Origin: Mobula birostris | Lineage: Eukaryota | Direction of reading: 5' to 3' | Assembly: GCF_030028105.1 (NCBI RefSeq) | Contig: NC_092379.1 | Location: 21,367,309-21,431,308, forward strand | DNA length: 64,000 bases | Shown: positions 35,452 to 48,179 of the stretch, piece by piece | How positions within the stretch are numbered: position 1 is the stretch's first letter | Layout of the letters: every line of letters begins with the position of its first letter | The notes under the pieces: model-generated | The model's database searches: none | What the model was told of the DNA's origin: nothing | The model's input: the letters and a program-made list of their open reading frames with translations, nothing else | Position numbers and translations under genes: made by a program

Positions 35452-38400
35452 TGCAGTCGGGCGCAAACGTGCTGCTAAGGAAACACACGGAGGCAGAGAG
35501 CTGAACTCAGAATGCCTTTACTGATTCAAAATAGCGCGCTTAAATCTCCCCTCCCATGGGCCCCTGCGACCCGCGGGGCGGACGTGACGTCGACTGTCCC
35601 CGGAAGGTCCGCCCCGAGCGGGTAGTTCCAAACGCGCTACCGCGTGTCTGCCCGCGGCTCCCGATGGCGGTTCGAGTCCCGCGTGTGCCACACCCCCCCT
35701 CCACAGAAACGTCCATCGGGGGAGTGCAGAGCCCAGTCCGTGTAGCCTGCCTGGGTGGCCGGCCTTGCCGGCGCGGTGCGCGGCCTCACTGGTTGCTTAA
35801 TGTCCAGGTGCACCGGTTTGAGGCTGTCCACTGTAAAAGTCTCTTCCCGGCCACCCACCTCCACGACACACGTGGCTCCGTTGTGCCGGATCACCTTGAA
35901 GGGTCCCTCGTACGACTGCTGTAGAGGTGACTTGTGCATTGCCCCCTGCGAATAAAAACATACTCACAGTCTCGGAGGTCTTTAGGGGTGAAGGATGGCG
36001 TGGGACCATGCCTGGAGGCCGGGACCGGTGCCAGGGTCCCTACCTTGTCCTGCAGTGTCGTCAGCACCGCTGCTGGAGTTTCTTCCGAACCTCGGGACTC
36101 CGGTACGAACTCGCCTGGGACTGTCGGTGGGCGCCGTAGACCAATTCCGCCGAGGAGGTTTCCAAGTCCTCCTTGGTGGCTGTGTGGATGCCCAGTAGGA
36201 CCCAGGGAAGCTCATCTGTCCAGTTGGGGCTCCTGAGGCGCGCCATCAGGGCCGACTTGAGATGCCGGTGGAATTGCTCTACCAAACCGTTGGACTGGGG
36301 ATGGTACGCTGTGGTGTGATGCAGCTGGGTGCCCAGGAGTTGCGCCAGTGCTGTCCACAAACCGGACGTGAACTGCACTCCTCTATCGGAGGTGATATCC
36401 GTTGGGAGGCCAGTTTGCAATGAGCGTCCTGGCGCAGGACTCCCTGCAAGTGTCTACGAGCGATACGGCTTCCGGCCATCTGGTGAACCTGTCTACCATG
36501 GTAATGATATACCTGGCGCCCCGGGACACTGCCAGGGGGCCGACAATGTCCACGTGGATGTGTTGGAACCTCCTGTGCGTCGGCTGGAACTGCTGGAGGG
36601 GAGTCTTCACGTGCCGCTGGACTTTGGCGGTCTGGCAGTGTACGCAGATCCTGGCAAGGTGTCCGACCTGTTTGCACGACGTGCCAGACGAATCTGTCCG
36701 CTACCAGCTTGATGGACGTCCGGATGGACGGGTGGGCCAGGTCGTGAAGCGTGTCAAACACCCGGCGCCTCCATGCTGCTGGTACCAGGGGTCGGGGTTT
36801 GCCGGTAGACACGTCGCTCAGGAGTCGATCCGCTGCCGGTCCGATGGAGACGTCCTCCAACTGGAGCCCCGAAGCGGCGGTGCGGTAAGCCGGGATCTCG
36901 GTGTCCGACCGTCGTGCTTCCGCCAGCACTGCGTAGTCTATTCCTGAGGAGGATATGCCTACTGCGTGGAGGCAGCGGCGAGACTGTGTGTCGGCGACGA
37001 CGTTGTACTTCCCTGCGATATGGCGGACGTCCGTGGTGAATTCTGAAATAAAGGACAGGTGTCTCTGCTGCCGAGCCGACCATGGGTCCGATACCTCGGC
37101 CAGTGCGAAGGTGAGGGGCCTGCGGTCCGTAGACACGGTGAATTCCCTTCCCTCCAGGAAGTATCGAAAATGCCGGACAGCCAGGTAGAGCGCTAGCAAC
37201 TCTCTGTCGAAAGCGCTGTACTTCATCTCTGGTGGCCGGAGGTGCCGGCTGAAGAAAGCGAGTGGTCGCCACTGGTCCTCGACGAGCTGCTCCAGGACTC
37301 CGCCGACTGCTTGTCGGAAGCGTCGACTGTGGGTGCCGTGGGCACATCGACTCTCGGATGCACTAGGAGCGCCGGCTTTGCCAGCGCCTCCTTGGCCTGC
37401 TCGAACGCCTCCGTGGACTCCGCTTCCCATGGCACTTCTTTGTCCTTGCCGGCCATCAGGCTGAACAAGGGTATCATAATGCGTGCCGCCGCCGGCACGA
37501 ACCGATGATAAAAGTTGACCATCGCTACGAACTCCTGCAGGCCCTTGACCATGCTGGGCTTGGGAAACTGGCGGATGGCCTGGATCTTGTCCGGTCGGGG
37601 AAGTGCGCCATGTCCGTTGACTCTGTGGCCCAAGAAGTCGATCTCTGTCAGCCCGAACTGGCACTTCGCCTGATTCATTGCCAGTCCGTGGTCGCTCAGG
37701 CGTTGACAGAGCTGGCGCAAATGTGCCAAGTGCTCTTGGTGCGAACTGCTGACCACCAGGATATCGTCCAAGCAAATGTAAACGAAATCCAGGCCGCGTC
37801 CCACCGAGTCCATGAGCCTCTGGAAAGTTTGGGCTGCATTCTTGAGACCGAAAGGCAATCTCAGGAATTCGAACAAGCCGAACGGTGTGATGAGGGCTGT
37901 CTTGGGCACGTCGTCGGGGTGCACTGGGATCTGATGGTCTCCCTGACCAGGTCAATTTTCGAGAAGATGGTCGTTCCGTGCAGGTTCGCCGTGAAGTCCT
38001 GGATGTGGGGTACCGGGTATCTGTCGGCGGTTGTGGCGTTGTTGAGCCCTCTGTAGTCTCCGCATGGCCTCTATCCTCCTGCGGACATGGGCACCATGTG
38101 CAGCGGGGATGGCCACGGGCTGTCTGAGCGGCGTACGATTCCCATCTCTTCCATTTTACGGAACTCGACGGCTTCAGTTGCGGGGCCTGGGCTTTGGGGC
38201 GCGATCGTGTCTGGGCTGTTCCACGTTGCTTGTTCTGCCAAAGGACGTCTGCTTTAGTCGCGACCCTGCGTGGGTCGCTGAAATCCTCACTCGCGAGGAG
38301 GAGGCGAATGTCCTCTGGCATTTGTCCGAGGAACAACTGTTCAAATAAAAGGCACGGCTTATGGCCGTCCATGACTGCCAGCATATCATTCATGAGCTCG

Positions 38401-39006
38401 GATGGCGTGCGGTCGCCCAGGCCGTCCATGTGTAGGAGCCGCGCGGCGCGTTCGCGGCGGGAGATGCCGAAGGTCCGGATCAGGAGCGCCTTAAGCTTAG
38501 TGTGCCTGTCCTCCGGTGGTGGCTGGCGTAGGAAGTCGATGATCCGGCCTGTCGCCTCCTGGTCGATTGTGCTGACCACGGAGTAGTACCGCGTGGAGTC
38601 GGCTGTAATGTCTCTGACATTGAACTGGGCCTCAGTCTGCTCGAACCAAATGTGGGGATGAGCGGCCCAGAAAGTCGGGAGCTTCAGAGAGACCGCGCTG
38701 TGCGAGTCGCTGAGTCGCCGGCTCCAGATGCCGTCTGGAGCGTCGGGGACACCACTGCAGTCGGGCGCAAACGCGCTGCTAAGGAAACACACGGAGGCAG
38801 AGAGAGCTGAACTCAGAATGCCTTTACTGATTCAAAATCGCGCGCTTAAATCTCCCCTCCCTTGGGCCCCTGCGACCTGCGGGGCGGACGTGACGTCAGA
38901 CTGTCCCCAGAAGGTCCGCCCCGAGCGGGTAGTTCCAAACGCGCTACCGCGTCTCTGCCCGCGGCTCCGGATGGTGGTTCGAGTCCCGCGTGTCCGGGCC
39001 GCCACA
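35452..39006 (-). mobile_element. Young Gypsy LTR retrotransposon with two LTRs, internally deleted (no protease)
   Basis: LTRs 35452-35692 and 38756-39006 (TG...CA on minus), CCAC duplication at 35448-35451 and 39007-39010, tRNA-Trp-like PBS tggtgtccccgacg, PPT at 35693-35700. gag LKLPTFW...[24 protein letters not shown]...CLDD, RNase H YSAFDRELLA, integrase SDRGVQFTS...HPQSNGLVE. Confidence 0.96.
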
Positions 39007-39032
39007 CCACCTACAGATTTCAGCGCACTGAT

Positions 39033-40600
39033 TGTGGTGTTAGGAACAAGCAGGTTCCCTTTTCCAGCCACAGGGTCGTGAGACAATTGTTTATTACCGA
39101 ACAGGCTGTGGTAGAGAGTATTGCTTCTCTGTTTATTTTCTGAAATTTAGGGTTCATCTGGGAGTCAAAAAAGGCGAGCAGTCTTAATCCCAATAGTTCA
39201 GTTTATTTTAGAATATAAACAATATACAGATTGGAAGCAAACTAAATAAAGAGCTGTGAAACGATGCGAAGAGTTGTATCGAAGAAGCCAAGATTGCGAT
39301 TCTGAAAAAAAACACTCACTTTTATGCACAAGATAAACAAATTCCTTAAATACAGAATAAACCAGCTCATGAACTAGATTATGAAAGAAAAACACATCAC
39401 GTGGGTAATGTGCTAATAACCAATGAAAAATGAGCAAGGTGATAAACCGTTACTGTAACTGCTATACCGCTTTGTGCCAGTGAGTGGGGATGAACCACCA
39501 CGCACTGTGACAAATGCATGACTTCATTTAAGAGTACAAACTTTACACAAAGTGTTATAAAAATACTGGTTTCCTGCAGTCCCCCCTTTTGACTCTGGCA
39601 GAATCACGTCTGAAAATTCAGAGTAATCGCTTTTAAACAAACACAAAAAATATAGATTCATAGTCATAATGTCCAATAGTTGTATTTGCGCTTGAAGTCT
39701 TCCCACAGTATTGGTTTTAATCTGGAGATACTTCAACTCATTTGCAGTGGCTGGCGTGTATCCACTTACATTTGACTTCTACGTTAGCTGCTGAATTAGT
39801 AATTAACATTACTTGGTAAGGTCCTTCTAATCACGCTGCCAGGGGTTCCTTATAAGGTTCCTTGACCAGGACCCACTCGCCAGGAATCAAAGTGTGACCT
39901 CATTCTGATGCACCGCTACAACCAACAGAAACCTGTTGAGAAGCAGACCGTATGGCTTGTGTTGGTTTTGAACAGTAGTCAACTAAATTATCTGACAAAA
40001 AAATGTATATTAGCCTCTCTCAGATCGAGTGCACCCAGCAGTGACATAGGGCACCCCGTTATTTGGACTCAGTTGTGTGTTCTTATTTAGAGTTGCCCTG
40101 ATGCTGCATAAAAGCAAAGGAATAGCTGTCGGCCCAGGTACGACTTCCTCCTCATACTTAGTCAGCCGTTGTTTGATGATGCCATTCTTGACAAACGTTT
40201 CCAGTGAAATGTGTTCCTTGGTCAGAGTCAATATGGCATGACATTCCCCATCTAGGATTATAGTCCTTAGTCAGAGTTTTGGCTGTGTGTGTGGCAGGAG
40301 CTTTTCTTGCTGGGATGGCTTCACCCATCTTGAAAATGTGCCCATTATTACTGACACATCTCAAATCCCTTTGCACTTCGGTAAAGTAATGTAGTCCACC
40401 AGTAGATGTAAAAATGGACTGGAAGGGGCAAGAGTACTTAGTGGAGTTAGCTTCTTTGTTAATCTGGGGTTTGTTTTCTGGCATGCTCTACATCTCTAAA
40501 CTATTTATAGAGTTTGGTTTATTTGCTGAGTTAATAGCATAGTAACTAATATTTGAATGCCCACATCTGGATGCAATCTGGATATATTCTTAATTCATTG
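39033..40600 (-). mobile_element. 3' portion of a second class I ERV (integrase, PPT, LTR) with no env
   Basis: PRWGMSCHIDSDQGTHFTG, KNGIIKQRLTK...SIRAT, and C-terminal PGEWVLVK...GPYQVMLIT...WIHASHCK at ~39730-39890. PPT aaaagggggg at 39581-39590; LTR ~39578 to ~39033. Confidence 0.8.
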
Positions 40601-40619
40601 AAGTTCAGCCCAACAGCTT

Positions 40620-41130
40620 CCTTCGATCATTCATCATTTTTTGGGGATCTAGTGGTTGATGACAAACCTCCTATTTCCTTTCTATCATCAGTCTTGTATG
40701 TTTTCACTCTCTGAATTTTTACTGAGGCAAGTCCTGTCATGGCTGCCGGACCAATTATCTCATTACTGCCATCATCACTTAAGCCACTAGAGGTCTCTGT
40801 TGAGTCATTATCACTTTGCAGTTCCTTGGAGTTCCCGAGGTGCTGCTGTTTCTTTATTGGCTAACATTCAACATGATTGACATCGCTGTTAACACCGCCC
40901 ACTGGGACAAATATCTCATTTTTCACAGCTAATCCAACCCCACATAGAAGAGGTTTTCCTTCCAGATGACGCTTCCATAACGTGTACCTGTTACCTTGTT
41001 CCTTCAGCTGACTTTCTCCTGAACCCCTCACTCCGGTTGTAACATCAACATCTATGTTCGAGACTAAAACAACATTGGGACACACATATCTTTCGCTTTG
41101 AATATTCCACAGGTTCTCACATTCCAGCGA
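40620..41130 (-). mobile_element. RTE-like LINE endonuclease fragment
   Basis: GESQLKEQGNRYTL...GVGLAVKNEI (ORF 40861-41085). Confidence 0.55.
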
Positions 41131-41899
41131 CTCAACCTCACTTCATCAAGTCGCGTCAAATTTATTGTCATTTATTATCATTGTTATTGTGTATAACGTA
41201 TATAACCATATAATGTAGTTTGAAATGCGACAACATTTCTCCGAACCAGGGTATAAATCACAGTAGTGCACATAACACGCGATGATTTAGGAAGGTAAGG
41301 ATAAAATCTACAGATGAATACAGGAACATGTCTCTACAGGAACTGTAGAGATTGAGTCGCATTGGATCCCAGCCCAAACCCCGGTTTGTATGAATGCTGT
41401 GTCATTTGCTACCCTGTTACAAATTAATGCCACAAAATAACAGACAGGACACTGTGTACAATTAAAGGAATTATGTTTATGAATCTTAATTGAAGTCTTC
41501 TCAAAGAATAACAAAAAGAAAAGGACCCATTCTAATTTTACAGTCAAATGTGCATAAGTTGGAGTTCATCTTGAACTTCTCAGTCACTCATGTGCTGGGT
41601 CCTCGGTCAACGTGAAAGCACACACCACCTTCCAAACGTCAGTCACAATCCATCTTGAACCAACAGTTCTCCTCAGCATCTTCTCTCTTCATCTCCTCTC
41701 GAACAAAAGCCTAAGACCAACCTTACTGTCCCTCACCAAGAAAAACCTCTTGCTAATTGGATGGCATACATTCCACATCATTGCTTATCTTCAACAATAA
41801 CCCAAACAGGCTGAAAACAAAACAAACAGCTCTTATAGAGCTACACAAAGTGAAATACATACAGCATAACAGTAAAAGATATGAACCAGAATATTGCAA

Positions 41900-42480
41900 A
41901 AACATTGTCAGACTTCTATAGCTGCTCTGTGGAGACAGTACTGACTGGTTCCATCATGGCCTAGTTTGGGAACACCGATACCTTTGAACGTGAAAGCCTG
42001 CAAAAATTAATGGATACAACCAGGTCCATTGTGGGTAAAGCCCTCCCCACCATTGAGCATGTCTACAAGGAGTGCTGTCATGGGAAAACAGCTCCATCAT
42101 CAAGGACTTACTCCATCCCGGCCACGTTCTCTTCTTTGGAAGGAGGTACAGGAGCCTCAGGACCCACACCACTAGGTTCAGGAACAGTTATTATCCCTCA
42201 GCCATCAGGCCATTGAACCAATGAGTTAACTTCACTCACCCCAACACTGAACTGTTCCTGCAACCTGTGCTCTCAGTTTCAAGGACTCTTCATCTCATGT
42301 TCTTGATATTTATTGCTTATTTGTTTATTATTATTATTTTGTTTCTTTCTTTTTTCATTTAGTTTTTGCAGCTTGTTGTCTTTTTTATCAGTTGCTTGAC
42401 TGGCATGTGTGTGGTTTTTCATTGATATGATTGTGTTTCTTTGCATTTACCCTGACGCCTCAAGAAAATGAATCTCAGGG
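41900..42480 (+). mobile_element. Rex1/Babar-type LINE 3' end
   Basis: MDTTRSIVGKALPTIEHVYKECCHGKTAPSS (ORF 42010) and family 3' UTR. Confidence 0.75.
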
Positions 42481-43985
42481 TAGTATATGGTAACAACAGG
42501 GGAGGGTTTAAACTAGATTGGCAGGGATGCGGGACACAAGAGAGTGAGGTCAGTGAGTAGACAGGGGTATATTCAGCATCCAAAGAGTGTTCACACAGCA
42601 ATCAGGATAGCCATGTTTATAGTGAAGTTTCAGATCAGACCACTGACTTACATTATATCTCATTCCATACAGTTATCTTAACAGGTAGGATGGATGAAAG
42701 GAGAGGATTGTGAGTTGTTCCTAGTGACTGGAATATTGTGGTCAGAGCAGAGACGTGGTTGAGAGAAGGGCAGCCCCAGTGTTCAGGGATACTGATGCTT
42801 TTGACATGATGAAGAAACAGATAAGACTGGAGAGGGTGTTGTCCTTTGATAACAGATGACATAACAGCAGTGCTTAGAATGAACATTCTTGAGGGATAAT
42901 TTAACGAGGGAATTTGGGTAGAACTTAGAAATAAGAAGTGGATGGTCACCTTGGTCTTGCTAATCAGAAATCCCCCAGCAGTCAGTGAAAACTCAAGGAG
43001 CAGAGACGTGTGGAGAAATTACACATAATTGTGAAAATAGTAGGGTGGTGCTCAAAGGAAATGTCAAATATCCTGGTGTCACCTGGGTCATCCAGAGTGC
43101 AAAGCGCCTGGATGGGGTCCAATTTGTGTGAGGTATCCAAGAACCTGTTGGGAAGGAGTCCTACTGAACCTCCTCTTAGGCAAAAGGTGGGTCAAGTAAG
43201 GCTGACTCCATTTAAATGAAGACAAAGGAATAGTTGGCAAGTGGGAGATTTTAAAAGGGTGATATCAAGAGTCCAGATGGCAACATGTTCCTGTTAGTGT
43301 GAATGGTAGACGTACCCAATTCAGGAAACCCTGGCTGACAAAAGATATCAATGCTCCAGTAAAGATAAAAAAGGAAGTGTACAATGTGTTTAGGCAGCTG
43401 TGGGTGAATGAATCCCTTGATGAATGTAAAAAGTTTAAGACCAGGCTTAAGAGGGAAAACATGAGGGCAAAAAGAGGCTATGAGATGAATCTGGCAGGCA
43501 AGGTTGATACCAAGGCTCATCAGCTACCTTAACAGTAAAAGGTTGACTATGGAGAGACTGCATCTTTTGAAAGACCATCACGCTCGCCTGTGTGTTTAAT
43601 GATGATATAAAGCAGAGGGGTGGTGGTTGAAGATCGATTCTTTGACTGGTGGACTGTGATTCGTGGTTACAAGGGGTCAATGTTGGTGCCTCTGATATTT
43701 ATGATTTGTGCAAATTATTTGGAATGTCAATGTACAAGGCACAATTCAAGTTTGCTGATGATACTAAATGAGGGGGTCTTGTTGATAGTGAAGCAGGTTA
43801 CTTTGATTTGCAAAAAGATCTTGATCTGTTTGAGACAAGGGCTAAGGAATAGCAATTTAGATCAATGTGAGGTGATGCATTTTTTGACAGTCAAACAGGG
43901 AAGGACTTGTACAGTAAATGGCAGGGCACTGATGAGTATTGTAGAACAGAGGGACCTGAAAGTCCTAGTACACAGTTCACTGAAA
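42480..43985 (+). mobile_element. Degenerate CR1 LINE with internal deletions
   Basis: RKPWLTKDINAPVKIKKEVY...NMRAKRGYEMNLAGK and QCEVMHF...VEQRDLKVLVH fragments. Confidence 0.75.
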
Positions 43986-43999
43986 TCAGCCACACAAGT

Positions 44000-44890
44000 T
44001 CAAATTTCAAAGTAAATGTATCATCAAAGTACATACATACATGTCACAATTAACATCCTAAGATTTATTTTCTTGCAGGCAATCACTGTAAATACAAGAA
44101 ACAAAACATAATCCATGAAAGACTGAATCCAACAAGACAGATGAACAACCAATGTGCAAAAGACAACAAGTGTGCAAATACCGAAAGGAGAAAAAAAAGA
44201 AATAATAAATAAAAAATGTAATAATAAATAAACAATAAATATTGAGAACATAAGAGTCCTTGAAAGTCAGTCCAAAGTTTAGGGAACCATTCAGTGATGG
44301 GACAGGAGAAGTTAAGTGAAGATACCCCTCTGATTCAAGAGTCTATGGTTGAGTGTTAATAACTATTCCTGAACCTGGTGATGCGGATCCTGAGGCTCCT
44401 GCTCCTTTTTTCTGAGAAGAGAACATTGTCTGGATAGTGTGGGTCCTCAATGATGGAGGCTGCTTTCCTGTGACAGCACTCTTTGTATATGTGCTCAATG
44501 GTAGGGAGGGCTTTACCCATAATGGACTGGGCTTTTCCATTCAACGGGATTGGTGTTTCCATACCAGGCCATAATGCAACCAGTCGATATACTCTCCACC
44601 ACACAACTATAGAAAATTGTCAACGTTTTCGATGTCATGCCATATCTTTGCAAACTGGTGAGAAAGTAGAGGCACTATCGTGCCTTCTTCATAATGACAC
44701 TTACACTGAGGAATTTAAAGTTGCTGAACCTCTCCACCTCTGATCCACTGATGAGGACTCTTGGACGTCTGGTTTCCTCCTCCTGAAGTCAAATCCTCTC
44801 CTTGATCTTGTTGACATGGAGTGATAGGTTGTTGTTGTTGCACCACTCAGACAGATTTTCAATCTCTCTCCTATCTGTTGACTTGTCACC
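44000..44890 (-). mobile_element. Rex1/Babar-type LINE 3' fragment
   Basis: AQSIMGKALPTIEHIYKECCHRKAASIIEDPHYP (ORF 44356-44604). Confidence 0.75.
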
Positions 44891-46119
44891 ACTTTTGATT
44901 CAGCCTACGACAGAGGTGTCATCAGTAAACATAAATATGGCATTGAATTTATGCTGAGTGTAAAGCGAGTGGAGCAGGGGGCTAAGCACACAAGCTTGTG
45001 GTGTAACTGTGCTGATGGAGTTTGTGAGGAGATGACAAGGTGGTGAAGAAGGCATTTACCATGCTGGCCTTCATCAGTCAGGGAGATTATGCGGCAGTTA
45101 TGTAAATCGTTGATGAGGCCACACTCAGAGTATTGTGTACAGTTTTGGTCACTCTGATATAGGAAAGATATTGACAAGCTGGAAATGGTACAGAAGAGAT
45201 GTACAAGGATGCTGCCTGGACTACAGGGCCTGAGTTATAGGGCGAGGTAAGCCATGCTGGTTGTTTATGTGGGACAACCTCAGAAGTTTGTAAAATCATG
45301 AGGGGTATGGAATGGTGGATGGTCCTAGGCTTTTCCTCAGGGTTGGGAGTCCAACACGGGAGGGTACTAATAGAAGATAAGAGGGCAGAGGTTAAAAAGA
45401 GATCTGAGAGTTAGCTTAACACCGAGAGTAGTGAGTACCTGGCAGCATCAATGGACCTGACCTGCTGAGTTTATCCAACATTTTGTGTGTGTTGCTTACT
45501 GATTTTTCAAGATTGCAAACCGGTTATATTCCTCCATTCCCTGAGAGCTATGGAGTTCTTGACTTCCTCCTCAGGACACTCTCCATCAGGTGAAGTGAGG
45601 GGATTCTGTGCAACTTGCTGGGGTACTGCAGACTTTCACAACGTACCTGGACCAATCCTTCAATGTGTGTACGTTAACCCCTCACCAGTGGGTGGCTTTG
45701 AACACAGTGTCTCTGTGTTCATTAGGCTGAAGTTAACAGTTCACTGTTGGATGTTTTTCCAGTTAGCTTGAAATTGCTGTGAATAAAATTTTTTGAGGCA
45801 CTGTAGCACTGACTTTGCAATGGTGATAGAGAGTATGGGTAAGTGATCCAGAGAAACAGATTGCCCTTATACAAAGAAAAACATTAGCAATTTTGCAGAC
45901 ATCTGGGATCTCTCTTCACTAAAGGAGATCCAAAGATAACTAGCTCTGGTTCCAGCCCACTCTCTCACCTCTTTATACTGGTGATCTCTGTTCCACTCTC
46001 AGTTCAGGTGAGAAGCCTTCATCCAAAATGTAGATTACCCATTTCCCTCAAAAACCTCAGATTCACTTGGACCATTTCTGACACCATCTTCCCCTTTCTT
46101 GGTCCATTTACAATTACTA

Positions 46120-47140
46120 CAAAATGATTAAATCCCATAACCACCGGAACGACACTTCTGATCAAATTCTTTCATGTACGGATGCCATTCCTTTCTCTCA
46201 GTTTTACTATCTCTGCAGAATCTGTTCTTCAGGACATCTGAAGTGTCGCCTTTTCAGAAAGAGCAGCAGCTTTCAGCTCACTCTCATGCTGTGGTTGAGA
46301 GACCTGACCCACATCTCCTCCATTTCCTGCAGTTCTGCACTGAATCCATCTCCCTCAGACAGAACAGTGAGAGAGTTTCCTCACATTTCATCCCACCAGG
46401 CTTCACCTCCAGCAATTCATTCTACACATTTCCAGCAGTTGCAATGTGATCCCACCATTAGTCGTATCTTTCCCCTCCCCACCTACTTACACTCCACGGG
46501 GACCACCCTATATAACCATATAACAATAACTACTATAACAATTACAGCATGGAAACAGGCCATCTTGGCCCTTCAAGTCCATGCCGAACTCTTACTCTCA
46601 CCTAGTCCCACCGACCTGCACTCAGCCCATAACCCTCCATTCCTTTCCTGTCCACATATCTATCCAATTTAACTTTAAACAACAACATTGAAGTTGCCTC
46701 AACCACCCTCTCTGTGATTCAATGGTTTGTTGATAACTCACCCTCACCAGACATTTCCCCTGCAATTGGTGATAGTGTAACACCTGTCCCTACCCCTCCT
46801 CACCACCATTCAATGACTTAAACAGTCTTTCCAGTGAGGCTCAGATTTCCAGGCACCCCATCCATTGTTGACTGTCGCATTCAGTGCTCTCAAGGTGACC
46901 CAAGGGCCGACTAGGGAACGACTTTAACAAACACCTGCACTCCAGACACAATGGCCATCGACAGCTCCCACTTGCAGCCATTTTAATTCCTCTCCCCATT
47001 GCCACACCAAGCCATCTGGTCTTGGCATCATTCAGTGCAACAGTGAGGCTAAAGCAAGCCAGAGGAATAGAATCTCATATTCCACTTCAATAACCTACAG
47101 TCCGATTTCCCAATGTTGAATTCTCCAATTTCAGGTCAAC
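46120..47140 (+). mobile_element. Penelope-like retroelement 3' fragment (with short CR1 tail inside)
   Basis: DAIPFSQF...RICS...HSTHFQQLQCDPTISRIFP (ORF 46124), followed by GIY-YIG-type remnant. Confidence 0.65.
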
Positions 47141-47499
47141 TTCTCCTCTTCTGTCCCCTTTTCTCTCTCATCCTGATCGACCCAGATCCTCTCATACACA
47201 TCGTTCTTTCCAAACTCCCCAACCCCTATGTGACCCCAGGGGAATTGTTTATTTCTGACAAGCAAATTTTAAGGGAGATCAAGCAGCAGTCCCATGGTCT
47301 CTTGGTCATCGTGGAGAGCCGACGTTAGAGTGAGGTGGATTTTTTTCTGATACTGCACTTAGTTTTCAACCTTAAAATGTCTAATTTTAACAGCTCTGGT
47401 GAAAGGCTTGTGATATTAGTTTGTTTCTCTGCACAGATACTGCCTGTCCTGTAATTTCAGTAGTTTTTATCTCCTATTTGCAACATGTGTAGTTAGTTG

Positions 47500-47864
47500 T
47501 CTTTCAGTGATGATTTCATTCTTCCTGCTGGAGTTCAGATGCTAATTTTGTCTGAAGCCGATTTGATTCAAACAATTTGTTACCTTGCAATAATAACTGC
47601 AGCCACAAGGAGTCAAGAGGAACACCTCCAGATATTCAGGATTCAGGTAAACTGGCTGCTGTAATAGTAACTGACAGTCTCTGGGTGTCAGTGTAACAGT
47701 CAGGCACAGAGACACTGCTGGACGGTGTGGGTGAAACAGTGCACGGGAGGATTCCACTGCGCCAGAAGGTCCTGAGACTACAGGAGCTCTTCAGATGAAT
47801 TTGTCACACTGAAAGTGACAGACAGGGAAAAGAGAGGGTTTTCATTCATCAGTTAGTATCTCAC
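47500..47864 (-). pseudogene. Copy 4 of V-segment-like pseudogene with intact short GT-AG intron upstream
   Basis: Donor gtgaga at 47864, TACTAAC at 47852-47858, polypyrimidine tract and tttcag acceptor at 47809. Exon reads CDKFI*RAPVVSGPSGAVES...; GILPCTVS and GGVP in a second frame. Confidence 0.33.
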
Positions 47865-47937
47865 TGGCAGGACATTTTATATAATTCCTGCTTTCTCTCA
47901 CTGTCTTTTTCTGTCAATGCATCATTACCTTGAAATA

Positions 47938-47945
47938 ATTTGCAT
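47938..47945 (-). promoter_or_regulatory. Octamer motif ATGCAAAT upstream of copy 4
   Basis: Exact octamer about 75 bp 5' of the donor on the minus strand. Not seen in the other copies, so it could be chance. Confidence 0.3.
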
Positions 47946-48179
47946 TTATAGGATGTCTTCAAGAGGGCTTTGATCAGAGCTCTTGTTCATTGGACTTAAT
48001 TTTTTGCTATTTTACAATTGTGTTGACTTGATCATTGACATCCATGAGTTGGCACATTTGAAGATGTATATGATCTACTCACCGACACTCCATTTCGTTC
48101 CCTCCACTGCTGATGTACAACGTATTTTGCCTGTCCGGTGCTGGCAAGATTTTTTCACTTCTGATTTGCAACATCAGCA

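Noticed and set aside
36279-38792. 837-aa ORF as a novel protein
   Set aside because: Patchwork of Gypsy gag, off-frame RT and RNase H created by a deletion and frameshifts; start codon lies in the LTR.
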